Shown: piece after piece, positions 11,005 to 20,303 of the stretch | Numbering within the stretch: position 1 is the first letter of the stretch | How the letters are laid out: the number at the start of each line of letters is the position of its first letter | Origin: an uncultured Pelagibacteraceae bacterium | Lineage (GTDB): Bacteria > Pseudomonadota > Alphaproteobacteria > Pelagibacterales > Pelagibacteraceae | Assembly (NCBI GenBank): GCA_902631265.1 | Contig: CACOXX010000004.1 | Location: forward strand, 677 to 64,676 | DNA: 64,000 bases | Direction: 5' to 3' | Program-made: the position numbers and the translations under genes | The notes under the pieces: model-generated | Databases searched by the model: none | Seen by the model: only the letters and a program-made list of their open reading frames with translations | What the model was told of the DNA's origin: nothing

Positions 11005-12927
11005 ATGAGCAAAGTAATAGGAATAGATTTAGGAACTACAAATTCATGTGTCTCCATAATGGAAGGTACACAGGCAAAGGTTTTAGAGAATGCAGAGGGA
11101 GCAAGAACTACTCCCTCGGTAGTAGCTTTTACTGAGAATGATGAGAAGCTTATTGGACAACCTGCAAAAAGACAAGCTGTTACAAACCCTGAAAACACAA
11201 TTTTTGCTGTCAAAAGATTAATTGGAAGAAACTTTTCTGACCCATCAGTTAAAAAAGATATTGAAACATCTCCTTTTAAAATAATTAACTCAGAAAAAGG
11301 TGATGCTTGGATAGAAGCTAAAGGAAAAAAATATTCACCGTCTCAAATATCAGCGTTCGTTTTACAAAAAATGAAAGAAACTGCTGAAAAATATTTAGGT
11401 CAGGAAGTTACTAAAGCAGTGATTACTGTGCCGGCGTATTTTAATGATGCTCAAAGACAAGCTACTAAAGATGCTGGAAAGATTGCAGGTTTAGAAGTTT
11501 TAAGAATTATTAATGAACCAACTGCTGCATCGTTAGCATATGGTTTAGATAAAAAAGCAAACAAAAAGATTGCTGTTTATGACCTTGGTGGCGGTACATT
11601 TGATGTATCGATTTTAGAATTAGGTGATGGAGTATTTGAAGTTAAATCAACAAATGGTGATACATTTCTAGGTGGAGAGGATTTCGATAACACTATTGTA
11701 GAATATTTACTTTCTGAATTTAAAAAGGATAATGGAATTGATTTAAAATCTGACAAACTTGCATTACAAAGATTAAAAGAGGCAGCAGAAAAAGCTAAAA
11801 TAGAATTGTCTTCTGCGGCACAAACTGAAATAAATCTTCCTTTTATTACAGCTGACAAAACTGGTCCAAAACATATAAACTTAAAAATGACGAGAGCTAA
11901 GCTTGAAGCTTTAGTTGAAGATTTGATTAAACGAACAATGCCACCATGCCAAACTGCTCTTAAAGATGCTGGTTTATCAGCAGGCGAAATCGACGAAATA
12001 GTACTTGTTGGAGGTATGACAAGAATGCCGAAAATAATTGAAGAAGTTAAAAACTTTTTTGGCAAAGAACCGAATAAATCTGTTAACCCTGATGAAGTAG
12101 TTGCTATGGGTGCTGCAATTCAAGCAGGTGTACTTCAAGGTGATGTAAAAGATGTATTATTGTTAGATGTAACACCTCTTTCTTTAGGTATCGAAACTTT
12201 AGGTGGTGTATCAACTAAACTGATTGATAAGAATACAACTATTCCTACAAAGAAAAGCCAAGTATTTTCTACTGCTGAGGATAATCAACCCGCAGTATCG
12301 ATAAGAGTTCTTCAAGGTGAAAGAGAAATGGCTGCTGATAATAAAATCTTAGGAAACTTTGAGTTGGTTGGAATTGCTCCAGCACCAAGGGGAGTTCCTC
12401 AGATTGAAGTAACTTTTGATATTGATGCTAACGGAATAGTAAATGTTTCAGCAAAAGATAAAGGGACTGGAAAAGAACAAAAGATTCAAATTCAGGCTTC
12501 TGGAGGATTAAGTGAAGATGAAATTAGCAAAATGGTTAAAGACGCAGAGGCTAACAAAGAAGAAGATAAGAAAAAAAGAGAAGCTGTTGATGCAAGAAAT
12601 CAAGCGGATACTCTTGTACACTCAACTGAGAAAAATTTAAAGGAACATGGTTCGAAGGTTTCTGAAACTGATAAAAAAGCTATTGAAACCGCAGCTGCAG
12701 ATTTAAGGAATGCTTTGAAAGGAACTGATGTTGAAGCAATTAAAAAGAAAACACAAGATTTAGTACAAGCTTCTATGAAACTTGGTGAAGCTATTTACAA
12801 ATCTCAACAAAGTGCAAAGCCAGCAGAAAATGCTAAAGACCAAAAACAAGAAGGAAAAAAAGACGACAACGTTGTTGATGCAGACTTTGAAGAAGTAAAA
12901 GACGAGAATAAAGAGAAAAGCGCCTAA
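11005..12927 (+). CDS. dnaK: Chaperone DnaK (Hsp70)
   Basis: [25 protein letters not shown]; C-terminal VVDADFEEV. Confidence 0.99.
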   Translation: MSKVIGIDLGTTNSCVSIMEGTQAKVLENAEGARTTPSVVAFTENDEKLIGQPAKRQAVTNPENTIFAVKRLIGRNFSDPSVKKDIETSPFKIINSEKGDAWIEAKGKKYSPSQISAFVLQKMKETAEKYLGQEVTKAVITVPAYFNDAQRQATKDAGKIAGLEVLRIINEPTAASLAYGLDKKANKKIAVYDLGGGTFDVSILELGDGVFEVKSTNGDTFLGGEDFDNTIVEYLLSEFKKDNGIDLKSDKLALQRLKEAAEKAKIELSSAAQTEINLPFITADKTGPKHINLKMTRAKLEALVEDLIKRTMPPCQTALKDAGLSAGEIDEIVLVGGMTRMPKIIEEVKNFFGKEPNKSVNPDEVVAMGAAIQAGVLQGDVKDVLLLDVTPLSLGIETLGGVSTKLIDKNTTIPTKKSQVFSTAEDNQPAVSIRVLQGEREMAADNKILGNFELVGIAPAPRGVPQIEVTFDIDANGIVNVSAKDKGTGKEQKIQIQASGGLSEDEISKMVKDAEANKEEDKKKREAVDARNQADTLVHSTEKNLKEHGSKVSETDKKAIETAAADLRNALKGTDVEAIKKKTQDLVQASMKLGEAIYKSQQSAKPAENAKDQKQEGKKDDNVVDADFEEVKDENKEKSA

Positions 12928-12953
12928 GATAGCAACTATTTGTCTTATTTATT

Positions 12954-14078
12954 ATGACAAAAAGAGATTATTACGACGTCTTGGGTATAAATAAATCAGC
13001 CTCACCAGAGCAAATAAAATCTGCTTATAGAAAGCTTGCAGTAAAATATCATCCAGACAAAAACAAAGGTGATAAAGCTTCTGAGGAAAAGTTTAAAGAA
13101 GCATCAGAAGCCTACCACGTTTTATCTAATACAGAGAGAAAACAAAACTACGATAATTTTGGACATGCTGCATTTGAAAATGGTGGTGGAGGAAGAGGAG
13201 GATTTGGAAACTTTGATTTTTCGAGCCACTTTTCAGATATTTTTGAGGATTTTTTTGGTGAAGGTTTTGGAGGTGGGAGAAGGACAAGAAAATCAAACAA
13301 TCGTGGTTCAGACTTAAGATATGACTTATCAATCTCCTTGAATGAAGCATATACTGGTAAGAAACAAGATATTAAATTTTCCACATCAGAAAAGTGTGAC
13401 ACTTGTAAAGGAAGTGGGTCTAAGCCTGGTCACAGTGCAAGTTCTTGCTCAATGTGCAATGGTCATGGTCAAGTAAGATCAAGCCAAGGCTTTTTCACAG
13501 TTCAACAAACTTGTCCGCAGTGCTCTGGTTCTGGAGAACAAATAACAAATCCATGTTCAAGTTGCAGCGGCCAAGGAAAAAAACAAGCTTCGAAAAGATT
13601 ATCTGTCACAATTCCAAAAGGTGTTGACGATGGCACAAGAATAAGATTAGCTGGAAAAGGTGAAGCCGGTTCAAGGGGTGCAGGAAGTGGGGATCTTTAT
13701 CTTTTCATTAACGTTTATTCTCATGATTTGTTTAAAAGATCAGATGAAAATCTGTACTTTGAATGTCCTATATCAATTGCAGACGCAGCTTTGGGGTCAA
13801 CTATAGAAATTCCTACTATCGATGGAGGAAAAGCTAAAATTAAAATACCAGCAGGTACACAAAGTGGAAAACAACTAAGACTTAAAGGTAAAGGAATGCC
13901 ATATATAAGGGGAAGTGGATATGGTGACCTTTATGTTCAGCTAAATACTGAAGTACCAATCTCTCTTAATAAAGAACAAAAAGAGTTGCTAGAAAAATTC
14001 AGACAAATTGAGAATGAAAAGTCAAACCCTAGTATAAAAAAATTTTTCGAAAAAGCTAAAAATTTTTGGAAAAATTAA
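12954..14078 (+). CDS. dnaJ: Chaperone DnaJ
   Basis: J domain with HPD, G/F-rich region, four CxxCxGxG repeats. Confidence 0.99.
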   Translation: MTKRDYYDVLGINKSASPEQIKSAYRKLAVKYHPDKNKGDKASEEKFKEASEAYHVLSNTERKQNYDNFGHAAFENGGGGRGGFGNFDFSSHFSDIFEDFFGEGFGGGRRTRKSNNRGSDLRYDLSISLNEAYTGKKQDIKFSTSEKCDTCKGSGSKPGHSASSCSMCNGHGQVRSSQGFFTVQQTCPQCSGSGEQITNPCSSCSGQGKKQASKRLSVTIPKGVDDGTRIRLAGKGEAGSRGAGSGDLYLFINVYSHDLFKRSDENLYFECPISIADAALGSTIEIPTIDGGKAKIKIPAGTQSGKQLRLKGKGMPYIRGSGYGDLYVQLNTEVPISLNKEQKELLEKFRQIENEKSNPSIKKFFEKAKNFWKN

Positions 14079-14081
14079 ATA

Positions 14082-14252
14082 ATGGGTCTTGAACAAATAG
14101 TACCAGCTATAGCATTAATTGCGGTTTTAATTTTGGTATTACCAAATTTTTTAAGAAGTAATTCTGAAAAAAAACAACTTTTTAAAAACTTGTCTATTTG
14201 GGGTATTATTGTTTTAGTTGTTGTGATACTTTCATATTTAATTTTTACATGA
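14082..14252 (+). CDS. Small two-TM membrane protein, 56 aa (not in the ORF track)
   Basis: MGLEQIVPAIALIAVLILVLPNFLRSNSEKKQLFKNLSIWGIIVLVVVILSYLIFT*. Starts 3 nt after the dnaJ stop, and its TGA overlaps the dapB ATG (ATGA). Confidence 0.8.
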   Translation: MGLEQIVPAIALIAVLILVLPNFLRSNSEKKQLFKNLSIWGIIVLVVVILSYLIFT

Positions 14253-15025
14253 ATAAAATTAAATTAGCTGTAACTGGTTGCCTTGGCCGAATGGGTCAAC
14301 AAATTATCAAATCTTCAAAATTAGATAAAAAATTTAAGCTTGTTACTCTTACTGAAAATAGAAAAATTAATAGAAAAATTTCTGGGATCAAACCTGAATT
14401 AAATGATGAAAATGCTTTTAAAAAAGCAAATATCATTATCGATTTCACTATACCAAAATGTACTTTCCAGGTTTTAAAAATAGCATCAAAACTTAAAAAA
14501 AAAGTAGTGATCGGTACTACTGGATTTACTAAAAAAGAAGAAGAATTAATAAAAAAATACTCAAGAAAAATTCCAATTTTAAAGGCAGGAAACATGAGTC
14601 TAGGAATAAATCTTTTAATGTATCTAACTGAAATTGCATCAAGTTCGTTGGGAAATAATTTCTTAAGCAAAGTTTATGAAGTTCACCATAAACACAAAAA
14701 AGATCATCCATCAGGTACTGCCTTAATGCTAGGTAAAGGTATAGCAGTTGGTAAAAAGAAAGATCTTTATAAAATGATTGGCAATAAATATTTCAACAAG
14801 AAAACATTTCCTTATGGGAAAAAAATTAACTTTAATTCAATAAGAAAAGGTGAGACTGTTGGAGAACACGAAGTCAAATTTTCGAGTGGTAAAGAAATTA
14901 TAACTTTAAATCACGAGGCATTTGACAGAGCTTTATATTCTGAAGGAGCTCTTACAGCTGCTAAATGGCTTATGTCTAAAAAACCCGGACTTTACTCAAT
15001 GAGAAATGTTTTAAATTTTAAATGA
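14249..15025 (+). CDS. dapB: 4-hydroxy-tetrahydrodipicolinate reductase (start moved to ATG 14249)
   Basis: AVTGCLGRMG, IDFT, VIGTTG, EVHHKHKKDHPSGTA. Confidence 0.96.
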   Translation: MNKIKLAVTGCLGRMGQQIIKSSKLDKKFKLVTLTENRKINRKISGIKPELNDENAFKKANIIIDFTIPKCTFQVLKIASKLKKKVVIGTTGFTKKEEELIKKYSRKIPILKAGNMSLGINLLMYLTEIASSSLGNNFLSKVYEVHHKHKKDHPSGTALMLGKGIAVGKKKDLYKMIGNKYFNKKTFPYGKKINFNSIRKGETVGEHEVKFSSGKEIITLNHEAFDRALYSEGALTAAKWLMSKKPGLYSMRNVLNFK

Positions 15026-15690
15026 GGCTCAAGGAGGCTGAAAAGAAAAAAAGAGCTAAAATAGTTCTTAAAATTTTAAATAAAACTTATCCAAAAATTT
15101 CTGTACCATTACATAGCAGAAATGTATTTACACTTTTGATTTCAGTTTTGCTTTCTGCACAATGCACAGATGTTAATGTGAATAATGTTACAAAGGATAT
15201 TTACCCAAAATATCACAAACCAAAACACTTTGTAAAACTTGGTAGGAAAAAAATAGAAAAATTAATTAAAAGAATAGGTATTTTTAGAATTAAAGCCAAA
15301 AGTATTTTTAATTTATCAAAAATATTAATGGAAAAATACGGTGGTCAAGTCCCCAAAACTTTTGAGCAGTTGGAGGAGCTTCCAGGTGTTGGGCATAAAA
15401 CAGCTAGCGTAGTAATGTCTCAAGGTTTTGGTCATCCAGCATTTCCAATAGATACACATATACATAGATTGGCACAAAGATGGGGACTTACTAACGGCAA
15501 AAACGTAGTTCAAACAGAGGAAGATCTTAAAAGATTATTTCCTAAAAAATATTGGAATAAACTTCACTTACAAATAATTTATTATGGAAGAGAGTTTTGC
15601 AAAGCTCGAGATTGCTATGGAATAACTTGTAAAATCTGCACATCTTGTTATCCTAATAGAAAAAAACCAGTCAAAACAAAGAAAGCGTAA
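15022..15690 (+). CDS. nth: Endonuclease III
   Basis: LLSAQCTD, HhH motif LPGVGHKTA, DTHIHR, C-terminal Cys cluster. Confidence 0.95.
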   Translation: MRLKEAEKKKRAKIVLKILNKTYPKISVPLHSRNVFTLLISVLLSAQCTDVNVNNVTKDIYPKYHKPKHFVKLGRKKIEKLIKRIGIFRIKAKSIFNLSKILMEKYGGQVPKTFEQLEELPGVGHKTASVVMSQGFGHPAFPIDTHIHRLAQRWGLTNGKNVVQTEEDLKRLFPKKYWNKLHLQIIYYGREFCKARDCYGITCKICTSCYPNRKKPVKTKKA

Positions 15691-15691
15691 A

Positions 15692-16621
15692 ATGAAAATT
15701 TTGGGAATTGGAAACGCAATAGTTGACGTTATTTGTAAAGTTGATGATGAATTTATTAAAAAAAATAACCTTATAAAAAGTACAATGAAATTAATTTTTG
15801 ATGAAAAAGAGTTTAAACAATTGTTTTCAAACTTAAAAATTGAAAAAACTGTTTCTGGTGGATCTGTAGCCAATTCAATCGTTGGATTATCACAATTGGG
15901 AAATGATGTTGGATTTATTGGTAAAGTAAATGATGATGATCTTGGTGGAAAATATGAGGAAGGTCTTAAGACAGAGAATGTTAAATATTTTTATTTTAAA
16001 AAGAAAGAAGAGTTACCAACTGGCACATGTTTAATATTAGTCACTCCAGACTCTGAAAGAACTATGTGTACGTTTCTTGGTACGGCTGGAAAGATTAATG
16101 AGAATGATGTTGATGCTAATGCTATCCAAAAAAGCGAAATTATTTTTCTTGAGGGATATCTTTGGGATGAGGGTGACCCAAGAAAAGCATTTGATAAAGC
16201 AATAAATAATGCAAATAAAGTTGCTATGTCATTGTCAGATCAATTTTGTGTAGATAGACACAAACCCCATTTTCTAGAATTAGTAAAAAATAAACTAGAT
16301 ATAACTTTTGCTAACGAACAAGAGATTATGTCTTTGATTAATGCGAAAAGTTTTGAAGATGTAATTAATTTTGCCAAAGAATTAAAAAAGTTATTGGTGA
16401 TAACTAGAGGTGAAAAAGGTGCCATATCTATTAACGGAAATGAAATAACGGAATGTGGAATTAAAAAAAACTTAAAAATAGTTGATCTTACAGGTGCTGG
16501 TGACTTATTTGCAGCAGGTTTCTTGCATGGTCATGTCAACAATATGTCTCAAGAAAAATGCTTAGAAAAGGGTACTGAGATGTCATCAAAAGTAATTCAA
16601 CAAATAGGTGCGCGAATTTAA
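15692..16621 (+). CDS. PfkB family kinase (adenosine kinase-like)
   Basis: GIGNAIVD, GGSVANS, ERTMCTFLG, DLTGAGDLFAAGFL. Confidence 0.9.
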   Translation: MKILGIGNAIVDVICKVDDEFIKKNNLIKSTMKLIFDEKEFKQLFSNLKIEKTVSGGSVANSIVGLSQLGNDVGFIGKVNDDDLGGKYEEGLKTENVKYFYFKKKEELPTGTCLILVTPDSERTMCTFLGTAGKINENDVDANAIQKSEIIFLEGYLWDEGDPRKAFDKAINNANKVAMSLSDQFCVDRHKPHFLELVKNKLDITFANEQEIMSLINAKSFEDVINFAKELKKLLVITRGEKGAISINGNEITECGIKKNLKIVDLTGAGDLFAAGFLHGHVNNMSQEKCLEKGTEMSSKVIQQIGARI

Positions 16622-16729
16622 TTACTTTTTCTTTCTCCTAAAACTTCCTTTTCCTTTTTTTGGCTTAATTACTCTTGGTTTATATTTTTTTGAAAATAAA
16701 TCTTTTGCAATAAAATTTTTCTTTTTCAT
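16622..16729 (-). CDS. arfA: Alternative ribosome-rescue factor A-like protein, 35 aa (not in the ORF track)
   Basis: MKKKNFIAKDLFSKKYKPRVIKPKKGKGSFRRKKK*, with the ArfA-type RV-x3-KKGKGS(Y/F)xRK motif. It fills the whole gap between its neighbours, and its ATG overlaps the upstream TGA (TGATG). Confidence 0.8.
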   Translation of the reverse strand: MKKKNFIAKDLFSKKYKPRVIKPKKGKGSFRRKKK

Positions 16730-17319
16730 CAAATAGTATATCCATTTTTATTACTTTTAATTAGGTCATCATTTCCAAACTCAGCCTTTATTTTTTTTCT
16801 CAGTCTGTAAATATGAGTTTCAACTGTATGAGTCTCAAGTTCAGAGGAATGTTGCCAAATTTCTTTTTCCAAAGTTTCAACATTTACTGGTTTCTTTGAA
16901 TTATTTAGAAACAATATCATTTCAGTTTCTCGTTCAGTCAATTTTAAACTTGATTTGCCCTTTTTTAGTTCTCTTGAGTTGATGTCTAAAAAGAAATCTT
17001 TAACATTTACATTTGATTGATCTTGATATTTTTTCTGAATAAATCTTACATTTAAACTTTCAATGAATGTAAGAATATTTACCGGAGGTTTAAATTTAAT
17101 AATTTGATCTTCGTTTATATTTTTAACAAAAAAATTATAATCTTTCTCATGTACAATTAAAATTGAGTTTTCTGTAGAAATACTTTTACTCGCGTATTTA
17201 TCAAAAAAGATTTCTTGAGTATCAAATTTAAATATTTCGTAACCGATATGTTCTTTGAGTTCGCTGATGATATTGTAAAAGTTTGATAAATTAATTATAT
17301 ATATTTTTTGATTTACCAT
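16729..17319 (-). CDS. OmpR/PhoB winged-helix regulator (CenR-like) with degenerate receiver domain
   Basis: LTERET...IW...THTVETHIYRLRKKI C-terminus; lies beside L,D-transpeptidase and yggS; N-terminal domain lacks the acidic pocket. Confidence 0.8.
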   Translation of the reverse strand: MVNQKIYIINLSNFYNIISELKEHIGYEIFKFDTQEIFFDKYASKSISTENSILIVHEKDYNFFVKNINEDQIIKFKPPVNILTFIESLNVRFIQKKYQDQSNVNVKDFFLDINSRELKKGKSSLKLTERETEMILFLNNSKKPVNVETLEKEIWQHSSELETHTVETHIYRLRKKIKAEFGNDDLIKSNKNGYTI

Positions 17320-17333
17320 ATAATTTAGAACTT

Positions 17334-17825
17334 ATGATAATTAAGCTAAAAAATAAAGACACCTTAATTTGTGATGATTTCCAATTTAAATGCTCTATTG
17401 GTAAAAATGGTTTAAAAAAAAATAAATTAGAAGGTGATAATTGTACTCCGGTAGGAACATTTTCGTTAGGACCAGTTTATTATAGAAACGACAGAGTAGA
17501 TAGACCTAATACAAAATTAAAAATTCTCAGAATAAATAAACAAATGAGTTGGTGTGATGACCCTAACAGTATTAATTATAATAAAGAAATAAAATTTAAT
17601 AAAAAAATTAAAGCCGAAAAGCTATATAGAAAAGATAAGATTTACGACATTATAATTGTAATCAATTATAACACCCGAAGAATAATCAGGAATAAAGGGA
17701 GCGCTATTTTTATTCATGTTACAAATAATTATAAACCCACTAAAGGATGCATAGCATTAAGTTTAAATGACATTGAAATATTACTAAAGATAATAAGCAA
17801 AAATTCAAAAATTAAGATATCTTAG
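17334..17825 (+). CDS. L,D-transpeptidase (YkuD) family protein
   Basis: EGDNCTPVG, WCDDP, GSAIFIH...PTKGCIAL (His/Cys catalytic motif). Confidence 0.9.
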   Translation: MIIKLKNKDTLICDDFQFKCSIGKNGLKKNKLEGDNCTPVGTFSLGPVYYRNDRVDRPNTKLKILRINKQMSWCDDPNSINYNKEIKFNKKIKAEKLYRKDKIYDIIIVINYNTRRIIRNKGSAIFIHVTNNYKPTKGCIALSLNDIEILLKIISKNSKIKIS

Positions 17826-18463
17826 CTTCTATTTCCAAAAATTTTTGAACCAACTCTTATATATGTTGCCTTAAACCTAAGCGCATCCATATAATCGTTC
17901 GACATACCCATACTGATTTCTTGTAATTTCAAGCTTTCAGATAAGTTTTGCATTTTTTTGAAAAAAGGAGTCGGATCCTCATCAAAAGGAGGTAAACACA
18001 TAATACCTATAATGTTAAGATTAAATTCATTCACACATCTTTTGTAAAAACCTTCCAGGTCATCTTCATCAATGCCTGATTTTTGACTTTCTTTACCTAA
18101 ATTAATTTGTATGAAAATTTTTGGCTTAAAATTTTTTTTTTTTTGCTCTATCGAAATTTTTTCTGCAAGTTTAATACTATCTAATGAGTGGATGTAATCA
18201 AATAAAGGTAACGCAAACTTTACTTTGTTTGTTTGTAATTTACCTATTAAATGTAATTTTAAATTGGGAAAATCACTCTTTAATGATGTCCATTTTTCTT
18301 GGGCTTCTTGGACTTTATTTTCTCCAAAATGTTGATGACCATGATTTATTAAAGGTAATATGTGACTAATTGGAAATGTTTTTGATACAGCAACAATATT
18401 GGCATTTTTAAAGTTACTTATTTCCTCTTTTACTAAATCAAAATTTTTTACTACATTCTCCAT
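17822..18463 (-). CDS. yggS: PLP homeostasis protein YggS
   Basis: VAVSKT, FGENKVQE, HLIGKLQTNKVK, SMGMSNDY, IRVGSKIFG. Confidence 0.96.
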   Translation of the reverse strand: MENVVKNFDLVKEEISNFKNANIVAVSKTFPISHILPLINHGHQHFGENKVQEAQEKWTSLKSDFPNLKLHLIGKLQTNKVKFALPLFDYIHSLDSIKLAEKISIEQKKKNFKPKIFIQINLGKESQKSGIDEDDLEGFYKRCVNEFNLNIIGIMCLPPFDEDPTPFFKKMQNLSESLKLQEISMGMSNDYMDALRFKATYIRVGSKIFGNRS

Positions 18464-19018
18464 ATGAATATTAAGTATTATTATTTTATAGATGAATTTA
18501 ACAAAAATGAAATTGAAAAATTATCTACTAAAATTTCCTTAATTTATAGAAATTATGACAGACAAACTGACTCAATTGAACTTAAAAAATTAGTTTTATA
18601 TTGTAAAAATAAAAGAAGAAAAGTTTATATTTCGAATAATTTAAAGGCTGCAATCAAGTATGATTTTAACGGTTTATATATACCATCATTCAATAAGAAT
18701 TTAGGGTTTCGAAACATTATAAAAGAAAATTTTGAAATTATAGGATCGGCTCATAATATTATGGATCTTAGAGTAAAAGAAAAACAAGGATGTTCCTCTA
18801 TTTTTATAAGTCCTATATTTAAAAATGATAAAAAAAAAAAATACTTAAATGTTATAAAAGCAAATTTGTTAAGAAATTTAACTAATAATAAGATTGTTTT
18901 GCTTGGAGGGATTAACTTTAAAACTCTTAGAAGAACAAAAATTTGCGCACCTAGTGGTATAGCAGCTATTTCTTGGATAAAAAAAAACGGCCCAAGTATA
19001 AATACCGGGCCGTTTTAA
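18464..19018 (+). CDS. Thiamine-phosphate synthase/TenI-like TIM-barrel protein (divergent)
   Basis: IIGSAHN, FISPIF, LLGGI motifs; usual neighbour of yggS; catalytic residues look poorly conserved. Confidence 0.7.
   Translation: MNIKYYYFIDEFNKNEIEKLSTKISLIYRNYDRQTDSIELKKLVLYCKNKRRKVYISNNLKAAIKYDFNGLYIPSFNKNLGFRNIIKENFEIIGSAHNIMDLRVKEKQGCSSIFISPIFKNDKKKKYLNVIKANLLRNLTNNKIVLLGGINFKTLRRTKICAPSGIAAISWIKKNGPSINTGPF
18979..19016 (-). terminator. Intrinsic terminator of the porin gene (may act bidirectionally)
   Basis: AAAACGGCCC...GGGCCGTTTT hairpin, ending in a 9-nt U tract on the minus strand; embedded in the last codons of the convergent gene. Confidence 0.85.
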
Positions 19019-19035
19019 TTTTAAACTAAATTAAA

Positions 19036-20121
19036 TTAGAATGCGAATCCTAATGCAATTTCAGTTACACTTGTATCAGCAGCGTTGTCGTCTTGATCTG
19101 GATTAGTTACTTCCATGTTGTATGCTTTAATTGACATACCACCCATAGAGTAAGCAACCTGGATCGCGTCGATTGTCTCTGTTACGTCATCATCAGTTGT
19201 AACCGCTGTTTTAGCGTCATCCTGACCGTCGTAAGTTTCTTCTGATGTTGTGTATGAGATCGACAAATTGTCATTTACGTTAAACGCAATTGACATTTGC
19301 TCACCTTCAAACAAACCAGCAGCAGTTCTTTCAGCTTTAGCTGAAGTAGTTGCTTCTGCTGAACCAGTTAGACCTGCGTCCATGTAAGACTCAGTGTAAC
19401 CGATTGATACTGGACCAAAGCTACCGTTTATGTACCATGCACCATTGAACTCATCTGCTACAGCGTCACTTCCTGCTGCTACAGCTGTTACGTTATTTCT
19501 TGTTGCACCGTATACACCAGCTTTAAAACCTTCGTAACTAATTGTTACACCAGCTTCTTTACCTGATCCGTATGTTGTACTGTAAGTAGGTAATCCACCA
19601 TCATTTACTGAATTGTCAGATGCTTGTGGAGAATAAGCAACATGAGCTTGTACTGATGCTCCGCCAAGATCTAGCGCTGGAGCTGAGTACATGATGTAGT
19701 TGTTATCCATGAAGTTACCAACTTGGTTCGCCATAGTTTGTTTTCCATCAGATACTTGCTCGTAAGCTTGTGGAACTTCTTCATCATACATGTAAGATAC
19801 TGATCCAGTACTTGCACCCATGCTGAATGTACCTAGCGAAGGTGTTGTGATTGTTGTTGTTGATCCTGAAAGCTCGTAGTTATCAAGAAGTGTTGTGCTC
19901 ATAGAAAACGTTGTTCCGTTATCTAATTCACCACCTCCTGAGAAAGTTACGTCTCTGTCAGTACCAAAACCTCTTGAAGTATTATTATTACCTGTTCCTT
20001 TACCAAATTTTAAAGTGGTATTAATACCTCCAGAAACAGACATTTCGCCTGCAACTGCAGAACCTAAAGCTACTAGCGAACCTGCTAATGCTGTAAGTCC
20101 TATTTTTTTAAAGTTATTCAT
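19036..20121 (-). CDS. Major outer-membrane porin (start moved to ATG 20121)
   Basis: Signal peptide MNNFKKIGLTALAGSLVALGSAVA, GGGELDNG, C-terminal Phe (ALGFAF), AGGAG Shine-Dalgarno, strong high-expression codon bias. Confidence 0.9.
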   Translation of the reverse strand: MNNFKKIGLTALAGSLVALGSAVAGEMSVSGGINTTLKFGKGTGNNNTSRGFGTDRDVTFSGGGELDNGTTFSMSTTLLDNYELSGSTTTITTPSLGTFSMGASTGSVSYMYDEEVPQAYEQVSDGKQTMANQVGNFMDNNYIMYSAPALDLGGASVQAHVAYSPQASDNSVNDGGLPTYSTTYGSGKEAGVTISYEGFKAGVYGATRNNVTAVAAGSDAVADEFNGAWYINGSFGPVSIGYTESYMDAGLTGSAEATTSAKAERTAAGLFEGEQMSIAFNVNDNLSISYTTSEETYDGQDDAKTAVTTDDDVTETIDAIQVAYSMGGMSIKAYNMEVTNPDQDDNAADTSVTEIALGFAF

Positions 20122-20303
20122 AAAGTACTCCTTTTTTGTTGTATTCATATGAACAGTAGTTTTTTAGCAGAAAACCCCCAAAACACGTGTTTTTTTATAA
20201 AAATTGTGTATTATTTTGCCAAGTGTGATATTTTTATCACTTAATTAACCCCAATTTTAAATAATTCTGAGATAATTGTGATTTTCTGATATTTATATTT
20301 TTC

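Noticed and set aside
12926-12953. Possible hairpin between dnaK and dnaJ
   Set aside because: The stem is short and relies on G-U pairs, too weak to call a terminator.
14198-14248. Cys-rich N-terminal extension of DapB in the ORF track
   Set aside because: Artefact of a TTG start inside the small upstream ORF. The ATG at 14249 gives a normal DapB N-terminus.
20180-20193. CACGTG-centred palindrome as a second parS
   Set aside because: The flanks (AAAA/TTTT) do not match TGTTT/AAACA. Kept only as a possible operator.
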